DNA of 64,000 bases, taken from positions 2,108,001-2,172,000 of the forward strand of contig MU053304.1 of the NCBI GenBank assembly GCA_013239625.1. The letters run 5' to 3'. A program made the translations under genes and the position numbers. This document shows, piece after piece, positions 11,925 to 24,276 of the stretch. The notes beneath the pieces were generated by a model. That model did no database searches. It worked only from the letters and a program-made list of their open reading frames with translations, and had not been told where the DNA came from. The DNA is from Lama guanicoe (Eukaryota). The stretch's first letter is position 1. Each line of letters starts with the position of its first letter.

Positions 11925-13109
11925 CCATCACTGACAAATGGTTCCTGAATGTTGTCTACGCTTCAGAGAGGTCATCTCCTGCTCCTCTTCTCCGCCACGT
12001 ACAACCCGGCCAGTAAAAACAGAGCACGGAATATAGAGCCGTCGTTTCTGTAGCTTCACCTACAACCCCAGGTGGAGTTTGTTAAAGATGAATTTTCAGT
12101 TTCCTCTTTACCTCTCTCCCAGTTCTCCATCCATAAGGCCACCGACTTGACCTCTGCCACTCCCTGACGCTCTCCGGATCTCTGGGGGAAGGACCTCCCT
12201 GTCCAGCAGTGCAGGTTTTGCGTTGCAGACATGTTCTTGGGCTTTGAGTTAAGCAAAGGCCAAGACAGACCAGGAAGCATCTTTCTTTTCATAGAGGTTC
12301 TTTTCTAGATAACCTCATTTCTACAAGTTAGGTCCGGCACATTTCCTGTAGGTTTTAGGATTGTAATTCTTGGCTTTGATGATGGAAGTGGGAGGAAAGA
12401 GAGAAAAAAATAGAAGCAAAGAAAGACTGGTTTTGTGTGAAATCAGCTCAGATGGAGAAGTGATGAGGTGGGAAGATAGCAGAAGGTGTGGTTTTGCACC
12501 GGGCCTGAGGAGAATGTATTCAGGATCACATTGCTAATCAGTTAGTCAGGACTGCGACAGAGAGCGACAAGGACCCTTAGAAACCAGGTCACAAAGAACA
12601 GGAACAGTATAGCGGTATCCCTTTCTGGGGAACAGACCCAGGCACCTGGTGGAAAGAGATCTAAGCCCCATCATCCACGCTGTTCTCAACTTCCCCAGGC
12701 TCTAGGTGGGAAAGGAGCTGTAAAAAGATGGGCAGGTGGTGATTTATGAAGACAGGGTCTCAGAAAGAATGAGAAGGGCTGTAAAAAAGCAGGTACCTTC
12801 CTGTTCATTGCAAATCGTGCTGGAGAAACTCTGCCTTGGCCATGATCTAGGTGGAGCCCAGCACATGCCTGTCCTCCTTTTAGAGAGACTTGCTGGAAGA
12901 ATTAGCAGGCGCGGCCTGGCAGCGTGGCTCACAATCTGAGAGAAGGGCAGAGGTGTGCCTGAGGGAATCGGACAGCAGGACTGAAACAATAAAAAAAGGA
13001 AATAAGTCTTCATGTGAGACTACTAGGCTTCATTTTTGTGCCAGCTGTGATACGCTGGTTGTTAGGAAAGATCGCAAAAGATGTGACATTTAGCAGGAAA
13101 GACTATTAT

Positions 13110-13640
13110 GTATTAGTGATGTTTTTGTATCCATTTTCTACTACTACCTAAGAAGCTAACCCAAAACTTAGGGCTTTAAAAAACGACCATGTTATCTGCT
13201 CACGATTCTGTGGGTCAGCAATTCGGGCTGGTCTCCACCGAGGGATTCTTCTGCGGGTCTCACCTGGGTCACCCATGTGGCCGCTGTCTTCGAGTGGTGT
13301 GACGGAGTGGTCAGCTCACTCATGTGCTGTCGGCTTTGGCGTGGCCTCCCTCTGCGTGGTCATGATCTCCAGGAGGCTGGTCTGGGCTTCTTTCTGCCAT
13401 GATCTCAGGTTCCAGGAGGGTAACAACAGAAGCTGAAAGGTGTTTTGGGATCCAAGCTTAGACGTGCCACAAAGGCACTTGGGATTGATCCAAGTAAGTC
13501 CCACGTCCCACGCAGATTCGAAGGGTGCAGATGAATTCCAACCGATGATGGGAGAAATGGGCAAGCCATCGTGCAAAGGGCATGACTTCTGAGGGGGAGT
13601 GGAATGTTTCAGGGCGGCTTTGAAAATAAGCCACCACTTT
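13110..13640 (-). mobile_element. MaLR LTR (MLT1F/G/H-like)
   Basis: cccaaaacttagggctttaaaaaac..gctcacgattctgtgggtcagcaattcgggctgg..tgcaaagggcatg. Confidence 0.75.
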
Positions 13641-14184
13641 TCTAAGACTGGTGGGGGTATGGGGAGGTCTGAGCAGGAGAAAGATAACACTCATCCTGGA
13701 TATTAAGTAGTCCCGGATCATTTGCCTTTTAACTAAGTTTGCAAAGGCAACTGTGAAGAATTCCTTTTAAGGGAGGGAAAGGGTTATCTGAACACCTTAA
13801 TACATACCTATCACTGTGTAGGGACCAGAGCCAGTGGCCCCATCACTATAGGGAGGTTTAAATGGTTTAATGAATTTTCTCTATTGCTCATCTACAGCTG
13901 TTTTATTTGCAAATAAAATTAATGATACCAGAAGGACATTCCAACACTTGCTCTGCTAAACATGAGACCATAGTAAATTTTGTTGACCATCCAATTAAAT
14001 TCTTAATGTAAATGAGCTTTAATCTGGCTTATCACTTTTAGGTAAAAAATAAATCAAATAATTGAAGACCACAGACGTTTCAAATGGAAATGACTGACTA
14101 CAGGAAACATGGGCCCCTTTGTGAGAATTGGATCATTCAATAAGATAAAGGGGGAGAAAGCACCAGGATGAAAACTAAAGTTCT

Positions 14185-14370
14185 CTGCACACTGACTGTG
14201 TGCCTGGCACGCTATTTTTTGCACACATTGACTCATTCATGGCTCCCAATAAGTTTTATTATTAAGTAATATTATCATCCTTTTTAGATGAGAAATCTGA
14301 GATTCAGCGAGGAAAATGACTTGCCCAAAGTCATCACTTAAATAGTTTAAAGGCTGGGATTCAGCCTGTG
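14185..14370 (-). mobile_element. MIR
   Basis: ttatcatcctttttagatgagaaatctgagattcagcgaggaaaatgacttgcccaaagtca. Confidence 0.7.
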
Positions 14371-14404
14371 CCCTCATTGTCTTACCTCCTTTCCAGTGTT
14401 TATT

Positions 14405-14543
14405 TATTTATTTAGGGGTTTTTTGGGGGGGGGAGTAATTAGGTTTATTTACTTATTTATTTTTAGAGGAGGTACTGGGGATTGAACCCAGGACCTCATG
14501 CATGCTAAGCATGCGTTCTGCGACTTGAGCTAGACCCTCCCCC
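14405..14543 (-). mobile_element. Camelid tRNA-derived SINE (vic-1-like)
   Basis: Minus strand ggggagggtctagctcaagtcgcagaacgcatgcttagcatgcatgaggtcctgggttcaatccccagtacctcctctaaaa...aaacctaattactccc, with A-box/B-box; near-TSD tccagt(g/a)tttatt on both sides. Confidence 0.85.
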
Positions 14544-16589
14544 ACCTCTCCAGTATTTATTGAAATTAACACATCTTTTTTACATGTTAAAATTATACAC
14601 ATTTTAGCTTACTTTAAATAAATCTATAATAAGCACTTTTCAGCTGCAACCCAGCTTCATAATTATCTCTTTAATGGCTGCATAATACTTCAGTATTTCT
14701 CTGGTATGCTGGACTGTAATTTAACTCACCATTCTCCTTACCTTAGGGCTCAGAATCATGAACTAGATTCAGTTGGCTTCCAAAAATTTCTAGGGATGAT
14801 TGTACTTTTTCTGGACAAAATGTTGTGTTTATAATTCATCTTGGCCTTGCCAATCTTTTTTTTTTGGGGGGGATCATTTTCCTTGAAATGGTATTTATTA
14901 ATAAGATTGTACCTACTTAGATAATTACAGGAGATTAAATACATGAAATTATGCACATACTTGTGTGTCTAATATTTCTACTCATTGCACCAAAACAACT
15001 CCTGCTAATTTTAGGAATGGTGGTTCCTTGCTCAGAGCAAACCTGTTTACACACCCAGACTCACTGGGAGGTTGGAGGCTGCCGTGTCCCAGAACAGAAG
15101 AGATCAGGATGCACGTCCTGACTCTAGCCAGTAGATGTCTCTGTTTCACTCACCCTCTACGGCGGGTTCCTCCAGAATGGGAAGACTTGGGAGCAAAACT
15201 GACCTGTGGGGAGGTTGTCCCATTCCTTCTGCCATCTTCCACCAGCCTCCACCTCCACTTCACTCCCCTGCCCTAGTTTCTTCACTCCTAGCCTAAAGAC
15301 ATAAAAACAGGACCGTCATTTGAGTTTAAACACATCCTCTACTTTACCAAATCTGTTTGCAAAGTAGAACTGGTAACTGAAAGCAATCTGTGCAGAGCCC
15401 AAGACTTTTCTCCTTAAATAGCACCCTACTCTGAACTAAAAGCCGTATTACTGAGTCATAACAATTAATTACACTCAGAGGTGAGAAGACAGGATTTAAC
15501 GCTCTAATGCGATTTGAATTTAGGGCGTTATCTCATCCCTCTGCTATTTAAAACAAAGTCACTTTTCCATGGAAGCATCTGCAACTAAGGACGGTTTCAG
15601 AGCTTAAGTCAGAAGACATCCCTGGCAACTGAATATTCCTGTTTTAGCTTCTTGAGAGGTTTAATATGCACATTTGGGTATTCTAGATTTTTATAATAAA
15701 GCGTATCTCTTTTTGCTTTGGGATTTTATAAAAGAAGAATTAGGGGGCTGAGAAGGTCTATTATGTTCATCAAGAACTTCCTAGGTGTGGGAAGTGTGCA
15801 GGATGAGTTACTGGAAAAGTAAAAATATCTCAAAACAGAGATCACATGAGCAAGCATCTGATATATGTTTCCATGTAGGGTGACGTACCAACGCCTCATC
15901 AGAAGGGAGTTATTGACAGGTCCAGAGCAGGCAGCAGGGACAGGGGGAGTAGCTGAGAAAGTCTGGTTTTCAGGCAGGAGTGGGAGGGTCCTGTGGTCAT
16001 CAGGGGAGATGGAGACCAGCTTCTTAGAAGCATCTCTGTGACTTTGCCGGAGGCTCCAAGGGCATTGGGGGTCTGGCCCGGCCTGGGTAGGTGGCACCCA
16101 TCAGCAACTGTGTGGTCTGGAAGGAAATGCTGCCTGGAGCTCTGGAGAAGAGCTGTCAACAGGCATCGCCACTGGTGACTCTCCTCTGGGTGACTCCGTG
16201 AATTGAGTACTCCCTAAGCCTTGGGAGACATGGGCTTCTGTCCCTCGGAGAGTTTCAGGGAGGACCTGGTGAGCTGAGGGCCAGATTCTGAGTGCTTTGA
16301 TACCTGGAAATCATTCTATCTATGCAGGATGATGGGCAGATCCTTCCAGATATGCGGTGTTGATTTTGCCAGTGCCCGAGCAGCTCAGGACCCGGGCTGT
16401 GCACGTGCAGTGTGGTGTGCCCTCAGACCCTGCCAGCCCACTGCCTCTCGGGCCCGCCTCTCAGCAGCTCTGGGCCCCCACATACACTGCATTCTCCTTC
16501 CTTTACTCAGCTTAGCCTCCGCATCCTGTCGAGCTCCCCCATCTCCAGCCCCAGATGCTGTTCCCCCAGGATGTTTCCATAGTCAGAGC

Positions 16590-16745
16590 AGTTAGACGTG
16601 CAAGGTGAAGAGTTCCAGTTTCGAAGTCATCTGAGTGTGTACTCGCGAAGCCATTCACTGGCTGTGTGAGTGGACTGTCATCTCAGTTCTGCAAGCCTCG
16701 TTGTTTCATCCCTGTAACGGGAATGTTAATACCTACCTGGGCCAG
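16590..16745 (+). mobile_element. MIR fragment
   Basis: ccattcactggctgtgtga..tctgcaagcctcgttgtttcatccctgtaacgggaatgttaatacctacct. Confidence 0.6.
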
Positions 16746-17049
16746 TTGTCAAGAGGGTGGGAGGAGCTGGGTTTGTTCAGGAAAGGTAGTTATTTCATGG
16801 GGGTCAACGCCACCCTCTGCCTGGGACCCAGGGTGGCCCTGGCTTATCTTTGGGTTCCCAGAGCCTCCTGAGGCCCCTGGCAGATCTCAGGATGGATGAA
16901 AGATGGGGGTTCTGTGCTGCCCTCCTCACCCAGGTAGAGGAGCCCCAGTCCTTTGCCCACATGTCACCCCTCACCTGGTCCAGCTTTCCCTCTTACTCCA
17001 GACATCCCCCAGGGCCCCCACCTAAGAAGCTCTCCTCTCTCTTTCTTCA

Positions 17050-17280
17050 CACATCAGCCCTGTTTTATTTTCTTCTCAATGTTTCTCACCCCCTGACCTA
17101 GCACCCTTTCAGGTGTTTTTCTGCCTTGTTCACCGTCTCCCCTGACTAAAACGGAGCTCAGGAGAGGGGGAACATTCTCTTGTCTTCAGTTCTGAGCCAC
17201 TGTATCCTCAGAATCCAGCACAGAGGCTGGAGCATAATAGATGCTCAGTTAAACTCCAGTAGGAGGGATGAATGGAAGTC
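17050..17280 (+). mobile_element. L2 3' fragment
   Basis: gtctcccctgactaaaacggagctc..cactgtatcctcagaatccagcacagaggctggagcataatagatgctcagttaa..gatgaatg. Confidence 0.65.
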
Positions 17281-17585
17281 TGGGGCCCAGCATGGGGCCA
17301 GTCAAGTCCCCGGCCATTCAGAGATCCCCGCTGACCGGACGCCTGAGACCCCAGGGAGCTACGGCTTCTGGCTTCAGGGAGCCCCCTCTCCGGGTCCTTT
17401 CCTCCTCAGCCCGCCTGATCCCTGTCCCGGACCCCATCCCACCCCCGGCTCTCTCGGGTAGCAGGGCCGCGGGTTCTGGCCTTCCCCCACGCTCCCCTCG
17501 CGGAGACTCGGGGCTTGCCGCCGTGCGCCCCCGACCCCCGTGGCCCGGGATGCAGGCTCCGGGAGGGCGCCGGCCCCGGGCATGA

Positions 17586-17606
17586 CCGCCGCCGCCGCCG
17601 CCGCCG
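17586..17606 (+). repeat. (CCG)7 trinucleotide repeat
   Basis: ccgccgccgccgccgccgccg read directly. Confidence 0.95.
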
Positions 17607-17882
17607 TGCGCTCGCGGGCCCGGGCGGAGCTGCGCAGTCCTCTCTCTGCAGCGCCAGGACAGCCGGCTCACGGCCGTGCCCACAAGTTGCCGGCAGCCGA
17701 GCGCCGCGCCGCCGCCTCCCGCCCGCAGCCGCCTGCGCCCACCCCGCGGCCGTCGCGGGCTCCGGGACGCCCACCCCGCGGACCCCGACCCCAGATGTGA
17801 AGCGGGACCGCAGCCCCTCGCCCCCCGGCGCGAACGACAGAGTCCCGCCGGCGTCTCCTCTACCAAACCTCGCGGCTGGAAG

Positions 17883-17912
17883 ATGTGGCAGCCGGCCACG
17901 GAGCGCCTGCAG
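17883..17912 (+). CDS. PID1: PID1 first coding exon (MWQPATERLQ), phase-0 donor; remainder of gene outside window
   Basis: ATG at 17883 (GGAAGATGT, A at -3) encodes MWQPATERLQ, the N-terminus I recognise from PID1 (MWQPATERLQ|HFQTMLKSKLN...). It is followed directly by a strong CAG|GTAAGG donor and lies in a CpG island. Confidence 0.93.
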
Positions 17913-20900
17913 GTAAGGAGCACAGGGAGGCCGGGGGCCAGCCTGGAGGAGGAGGTGCGCGAACCCGAGGAGCAGAGCTGACGCCCCTGACCACTTGCAC
18001 GCATTTGCCCAAAGCGATCGTGTAGAGCAGAAGGATTAGAGCCTGATGCTGTCGGCATAGCCCAGCGCCGGGCACCCGGCAGGGGTGAGGGGGTGATGAA
18101 ATGGACGAATGCATTGCTTCAGGCTTCACAACTTTTGGCTTGGGGGTTAGTGTGCTTGTTAGCATCTACAAGGTTAGACTTTCTGACCAGCAATTTAAAT
18201 TGCATTCCATACAGTTTACTGGTCTGGGCTTAGGATTTTTGCATCCAGATTATTTTTTTCTTTTTGTCTCCAGGAAAGACAGAACAAATGATTTGTGAAA
18301 GCACCTGATGGCCAATATAATTTGGAAATATCAGGCTTGGTTTGGCTTGGTCATACTATGCCACTTATTTTATTTTTTCCTATTCGTTGGCTCTCTCCCC
18401 TCATCTCCCCTGAACCCCAAGTTCCCCCAGTTATTTGAAAATCAAAAGTTCAGTGCAGCCAGGAATAGTTATGCCCTGGGTCATCCCATCTGAAGTTTTT
18501 CACTGCCGTCTACTGAAATGCCAGACTGCGTTTAATTTGGATTCCGAAGCTCGCAAGATGGGAAGGGGGTCAAAGTAAGAAAAGGGCGTTTTCAGAGAGG
18601 GGCTCATTCAGTGACACCTGGGACCCTGGAATCACCCTGACTGCAGGATTTGCTGACTGCCTTCTCTCAGAAATATTCTAAGGAGGGAGGGCAGCTACTC
18701 TGCCAGATAAAATCCACGGAATCCTGCAGTTAAACTTTTGGCAGGCTCGGAGCCACATTGTTTCGTAGTAAACTTTGAAGAAGTGTTTAAGTGGTAAAAT
18801 ACAGCACTGTTGGAGGCTGAATGCGTCTGAAGACTCAGGACTGTGGAGGCCAGGAGCCCTGGCTGGCTTGGGAGGTTTGTCAATGAAAATTCAAAGGGCC
18901 AAACACAGATTGTATCTCATGCTGGGAGAGGCTAACCTTTGCCCATGAGTTTTCATACTGAGAACTAACCTACAGAGGGCATTGCTTTTAGCAGAAATAG
19001 ACGCTCTACAGTCCCTTTCCAAGCCTCCCTGGGCCTGCAGTTTTGGGAAGTGGGTTCATAGTAAGAGCCTGAGACTCTAGGCCTATCCCTTAGGGTCTCA
19101 AACAGACTGAACAAGAAAAGAGATCTTTGGCTCTGAAGATAAGGAGATGGGTGACCAGCCTCCCAACTCCCTCCTTTTCTTGTTCAGAGGATCAACATCG
19201 GGCTCTGGATGATTGGCCACAAGTGATGTAAATGCATTTCAACAGTGGCATCACATACCAGTCGTCCACGTGCATTTTTCCTTCAGTTCAGGGCGTGAAT
19301 TTATTCTAAAGAAAGGAGTAACTGAGCGGTGGGTAGAGAGTTCCTCGAACCAAGAGAAGGGGAGCTCTTGGAAGTCCTTAGAGAGATGAGGCCAGAATTC
19401 CTGGCTGTGGCTTTTATGGCCTGGGAATCCGTGCCTCTGCAGAGTTTGTGGATTTTTGTCTCTTCAAGTTATTTCTACCGGCCTGTTTTATGTAGGGACT
19501 CCTGTGTGCTCCAGAGCACGTGACCCGTGGCAGGCGCTCGCTCTGGCTTGTGTTCAGCATGGCGATCGTTTCTTGCTAGAAACGTCTTCCTGGCTCTTGT
19601 GTGAAATGTGCACATGTGCTTTTGGCATGCGCCTGGTTTATTACTGTATGCCTTTGCAATGCATTTTTAAAAATTTTTATTTCGCGATGTCATATTGAAA
19701 GAGCAGGGTGTTTTGGCTTTTGGAAGCTCAGGTAAACATGGCTTATCATTGACTACCAGCCGAGTCACCCTTAGAAGGTACTTATCGACACGGGGCTTCA
19801 CTTCTTGCTCCCCAAATTTAAATTAGCAGACAGGCCTGGTTCTCTTTTCAAAGTATGCTTCGAGCTTTGTGATTTTAAAAGTGAGCCACAGGGAGAAAAA
19901 TCTTCTTCGTAGTCATGGCTTCTTCCCCAGTAATCAGTCGGCTCTTCTTTGAAACACAGTTTACGTATGTTTTTACTTTTTTGCCCCTGAAGGAGCGGGT
20001 TGTCGAGGGTGACGTGGTGAGTGAGTTGCTTGTAATAATATTTTATTTACATTCCTTGTGGTTGTCTGTGTCACGGGCTCTGTTTGCTGTCTGGGAATTT
20101 TTCCTTCCCTTTTTTGCCCTCAAGGCACCACCGTATAGGAAGGCTGTTTCCGACTCCTCCGTGAGTGAGGTGCCTTCCTGTGCCCAGATGCTGGGGCCGT
20201 GGAGACGGGATGGAAAGGGTGTTCTGTGCGAAATAGTGATGACCTGCACTCTTTCACTGAGTCAAGCCCCGCCCTCCTCCTCACACAAATCCTTTTAACC
20301 TTCTCCTACAACCTCATTCATATTTTTTTCTCATTAACTTTTAATGCAGACATTCTAATTTAAATGAGCTTGAGTGAAGACAGTGCTTCAGGGAAATGTT
20401 CCCAGAGCTTCGTAACAGGACTAAGGAGTCAATTTGTTGTACACATACCTAGAAACAAAACGGATGAGGGAAGAAAAGGACATTTTTCCTGAACTGACTT
20501 TATTTGTTCTAATTAGATGACACCCATTCAAAGGGTCTGGGGCCCAGGGAGTGGGGCCGAAATTTGTTTAGACCCGGCAGTCACCCTCAAGCTACTTTGA
20601 GTCCAGGAAACAGTTCTCTTGCTCTGGAAATGGTACCTTTGATCAGGTTGGATGACCGGTATCAAAACCCACTTCTTTGCCAAACAAAATGATGCAGATA
20701 TTTTCCGATCTGAAGTTTTGCTGTTTGACCCAAATCCAGTACAGGCGAAGCGACCTGTTGCCCCGAGCAGGGCTGAGCTGGGTCATTTCTCATTCAGCCA
20801 CACAAACCGCGCTGCAAGTTCCTCTGCTTCCCTGAATGTTAAAACTTCTATTACATCCCACTCAAGCCCTCGCCGGGAGCTTCTGCCATTAAAAATATAA

Positions 20901-22134
20901 TAGGATCAAAAAGGGTGTGAAGATTTAAATTACCACTCCAACTTTTAGAAATGAATAAATATGAATTCTTTCCTTTTTCCTTCTCCTTTGCACAGCAGAT
21001 TTTTTTTTTTTTCCTTAGAGGGACTCCGGGGAATTACACATTTTTAAAGAAGCAGTTTTGAAACATGCTCTTCTCAGAGAAGTGAAAGGGGACTCTTCAG
21101 TAGAAAAGAGGCTAAGTATTGGTTTTTTAAAATAGAGATGAGCTTACTTCTGGCCTTGATAGTTTACAATTTGCATGGGTCGCCCAGCTGTCTGAATTAT
21201 TGATGCTGTACTAGAAGGGACAGGTTGATCCATAAGACGTGCATTCCCCCAGCATATGTCTCCGGTGGGCTACCAGATACATTTTTCTGGAAACCAGGAA
21301 AGGAAGAGAGCAGGAGAAAGATGACTGGAGACTGAATTTGGAACAAAGGATCCAAATGCATCCTGGTGTGTGGTGTAGTTATTAGGAGAACGGAGGCGAA
21401 TGTGGCGGTAGAAAGGTAAGGGAAACAAGTTCTAGAAAGTTCTAACCGTGGAGTCTGTGTGTAACCATCTTCTCATGAGGCTGTCTATAAAGGTTCCAGT
21501 CATTTGCCCATTTTCCCTGAGATTAAAATATCTCTGTGGCAGATCCAGAAAACAGAACTTTTATGCATAAAGCTGGCTTCTGGCTTCTCAGCCTGGACCA
21601 TGCGTTCTCCCTCATCATTTTCTTTTTCATTTGCATTTTGGTCGATGGCTGAACATTAGAACCTCTAAGAGGGGAGGGAGGGAGGAAGGGTAGAGAGGAA
21701 ACCAGGTCCTGAAGAACCTTCTTTCGGTTTCTTGTTAAGCTTTTGGCTGATAAATAGATTGACGTTTTTCATTAACTAATATTTGGAGATTTTAGGAGGT
21801 AAGAGTTCTTCTTCCTCTGAGACTCTCTTGCCCTTTCTCTGCCTGGTCACATCGGTCTGATCCTGCCTTGGCTTGGGGGGCGAACTGCTCTCGACTTATT
21901 CCTCTATTATTGTCCATGTCTACTTTTCCCCTGGGAAGGGAGATGGAAGAACCTTCTACAAGTTTCGCTGGAGACCGTTAGACCAGACCCACGAGGCAGA
22001 GAGAAAACCTTGGCAAATCTGACACTTTTCCAGGCAGACAAAATTGATGGAGGGAAAACAGAGCCAGGCAGATCACGACAGCAGTGGCTTCACGTGTGAC
22101 CTGCGCTCGGAAGTCCTATTTGAATTGTCTAGCT

Positions 22135-22270
22135 CATGTACCACCCGTGACCACTTTTATCCCCATTTTATAGATAAAGAAACAGAAAGCCGGAGACTTT
22201 AATCTGGCCAGGGTCCGGCCGCCAGACGTGAACGGAGCTGGAGTCTGAACCAGACGGTTTGGCTTCAGGT
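22135..22270 (-). mobile_element. MIR
   Basis: ttatccccattttatagataaagaaacagaaagcc..ggagctggagtctgaacc. Confidence 0.65.
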
Positions 22271-23855
22271 CCTCTTCACCCCTGTTCTGCCATTTGGAAG
22301 GGTTAGGGATGCAGGATGCTCCGCAAGTTTTGGGTGATGTTGTTTCTAATAAAGAGAAGGGGGACAGTGCTGCGCTCATCAGCTCAGAGAGGCCACTGTC
22401 ATATTTCTTGTTGAAGTGGCGTGGTCGCCTGTGCTGACGGAGGGCTACCCAGTTTTTGGTGGCCTGGATCTCTGGGGGAAGTGAGCTCCTCAGTCATCCT
22501 CAAGCTGAGATTCCGAAGAGCCATTTATTTGTCTCTTCGACTAAAGCGCATGACATTTATCCAAACTAGAGACCTTCAAAGCTGGCTGTACAGCCCGATC
22601 ACATCTGCAGTCATTCCCCATTGAGACCAAAAATGAGGGGAAGGGAGGGAGGAGGTTGGAGAGTCCAAGAGCAGTTGCGTAGAAATAAGCAATAGCGGCT
22701 CTTACAGACACACAGGTCTCTCACTCGGCCAGTTCTGCATTTTGCTGTTCTGTTCATGCCCTGTGGCTAGGTAAGCGCAAAGTGTTAGGCCTTGGCCTTC
22801 ATGAAGAAAACTTGGACTTCATCATTAATTTGAGGTCTCGTGGAAGCAAAATGCTATCTTACCCATTGGGTCTCTCTCCGAGTTTGTCAGCAAAATCTCT
22901 ACCAAATGACTTGCAAAATGCTAGCCTCCGGCCAGGACTCCCTGCCCCTTGGTTATCCATTGCCTAATGGGGCCGTTTCCTGTTGACTGTACTAGCTTAT
23001 CTTGGAGCATTAGGCAACGTCTGCATTTTGTTTGATGTTCCAGGTTAGCTCCCCTCCCCACCCCGCACTGACTCCATTCCATCGTATACATCTGTCCCAA
23101 AAATTGGATCCTGGAGCAGTTGGCCCTAGGCTGCCCCACGGCTACTGGATCAGGCTCCCTCGTGCAGGGCCATTTGAGTCCTCGAACAGCCGCAGTTCCG
23201 GGACTCGTTAGTGGTCAGCAAATAAAGCCAGCCTAGAAACACTCAATGGCTGCAGTGTGCTTCGCTCAGCCCCCTTGGGCACAAATCTAAACGGCGGCTT
23301 TGTATGAGTAGAGCAAGGAGAAATAGCTGAGAGTCTGTCTGAGGACCTCCACAGAGTCTAGTGGAATTAGTTACTATCATTTAATGTTAACTTAAAAAAA
23401 AAGTTCTGATCCCAGTTTAGCTGCTATCCAGTGATAAAGCATCAGAATATTCACCAGGTTCCAGCTCTCAGGCCAAGAACTGGAAAAGGGTGGTGTCAAG
23501 GATAAAGCACAGACTTGCTTTGTGCCTGTGGCACATTTCAAGGCTGCCAATGAGTCAGCGAGCTCTCTCACTTACTGCTGACGCCACGTGGGTCCCTCAT
23601 CTTGCTGAGGTGTTCTTTCCCGCGTCTGATGGCCCGGGCCTCCTCCTCCTTGCCTCATTTGTTGTAACTGAGGTCTTAATTTGATAAGGGAGCTTCTAGC
23701 AGTGAGAAAAATAGCACCTCCTTCTGCTCTTTGAAGCCTGCGCATGAGTTGACTCTTATTATTTGTACTTCTTTTGGCTTTCCTAACTGGCGTGGCTCTG
23801 AAGGGACCAAGATTCAGATTCAACAGATTCAAACCCTGGTCTCTGTGTTACTCAT

Positions 23856-24276
23856 TGCTGTGGGTTGAGTTGTTTCCTCCCAAAGATGTGTGGAACTCCT
23901 AACCCCGGGACCTATGAATGTAGCCTTATTTGGAAGTTGGGTCTGTGCAGATATGAGTGAGTGAAGGTGAGGTCATACTGACTAAGGGGAGCCCTAAGTT
24001 CAATGACTCCTGTCCTTATAAAGAGAGATTTGAAGACACAAGGGAGAGATGTGAAGACACAGGGAGAGAATGGATTGAGGCTACCACAAGCTACGGGAAG
24101 CCAAGAATTGCAACCACCAGGAGCTGGAAGAGTCTAGAACCTTTAGGGGGAGGATGGCCCTGCCGGCACCTTGGTTTTGGAAGCCCCGCCTCCAGAACTC
24201 TCAGAGAATCTGTTTCTCTTGTCGTAAGCCACCCCATCTGTGGTGATGCATTAGAGCAGCCCTCGGAAGCTAACAC
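23856..24276 (+). mobile_element. MaLR LTR (MLT1B/C-like)
   Basis: tgctgtgggttgagttgtttcctcccaaagat..ccttatttggaa..tgtccttataaagagag..gcctccagaact..aagccacccc..gcagccctcggaagctaacac. Confidence 0.85.

Larger units (their letters stand above)
17440..18080. promoter_or_regulatory. PID1: CpG island / PID1 promoter and 5' UTR
   Basis: Very GC- and CpG-rich stretch with a GC box (GGGCGG near 17621) around exon 1, in an otherwise CpG-depleted window. TSS not determinable from sequence. Confidence 0.9.

Noticed and set aside
14460..14543. tRNA-like sequence
   Set aside because: It is the head of a SINE with an AT-rich tail and TSDs, not a tRNA gene.
1..17400. Possible 3' exons of an upstream neighbour (DNER in human synteny)
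   Set aside because: No EGF-like, transmembrane or other DNER coding peptide seen in any frame.
17318..18058. 246-aa minus-strand ORF and other long ORFs over the CpG island
   Set aside because: Low-complexity Arg/Gly/Ala/Pro translations in all frames, expected from stop-poor GC-rich DNA; no recognisable protein.
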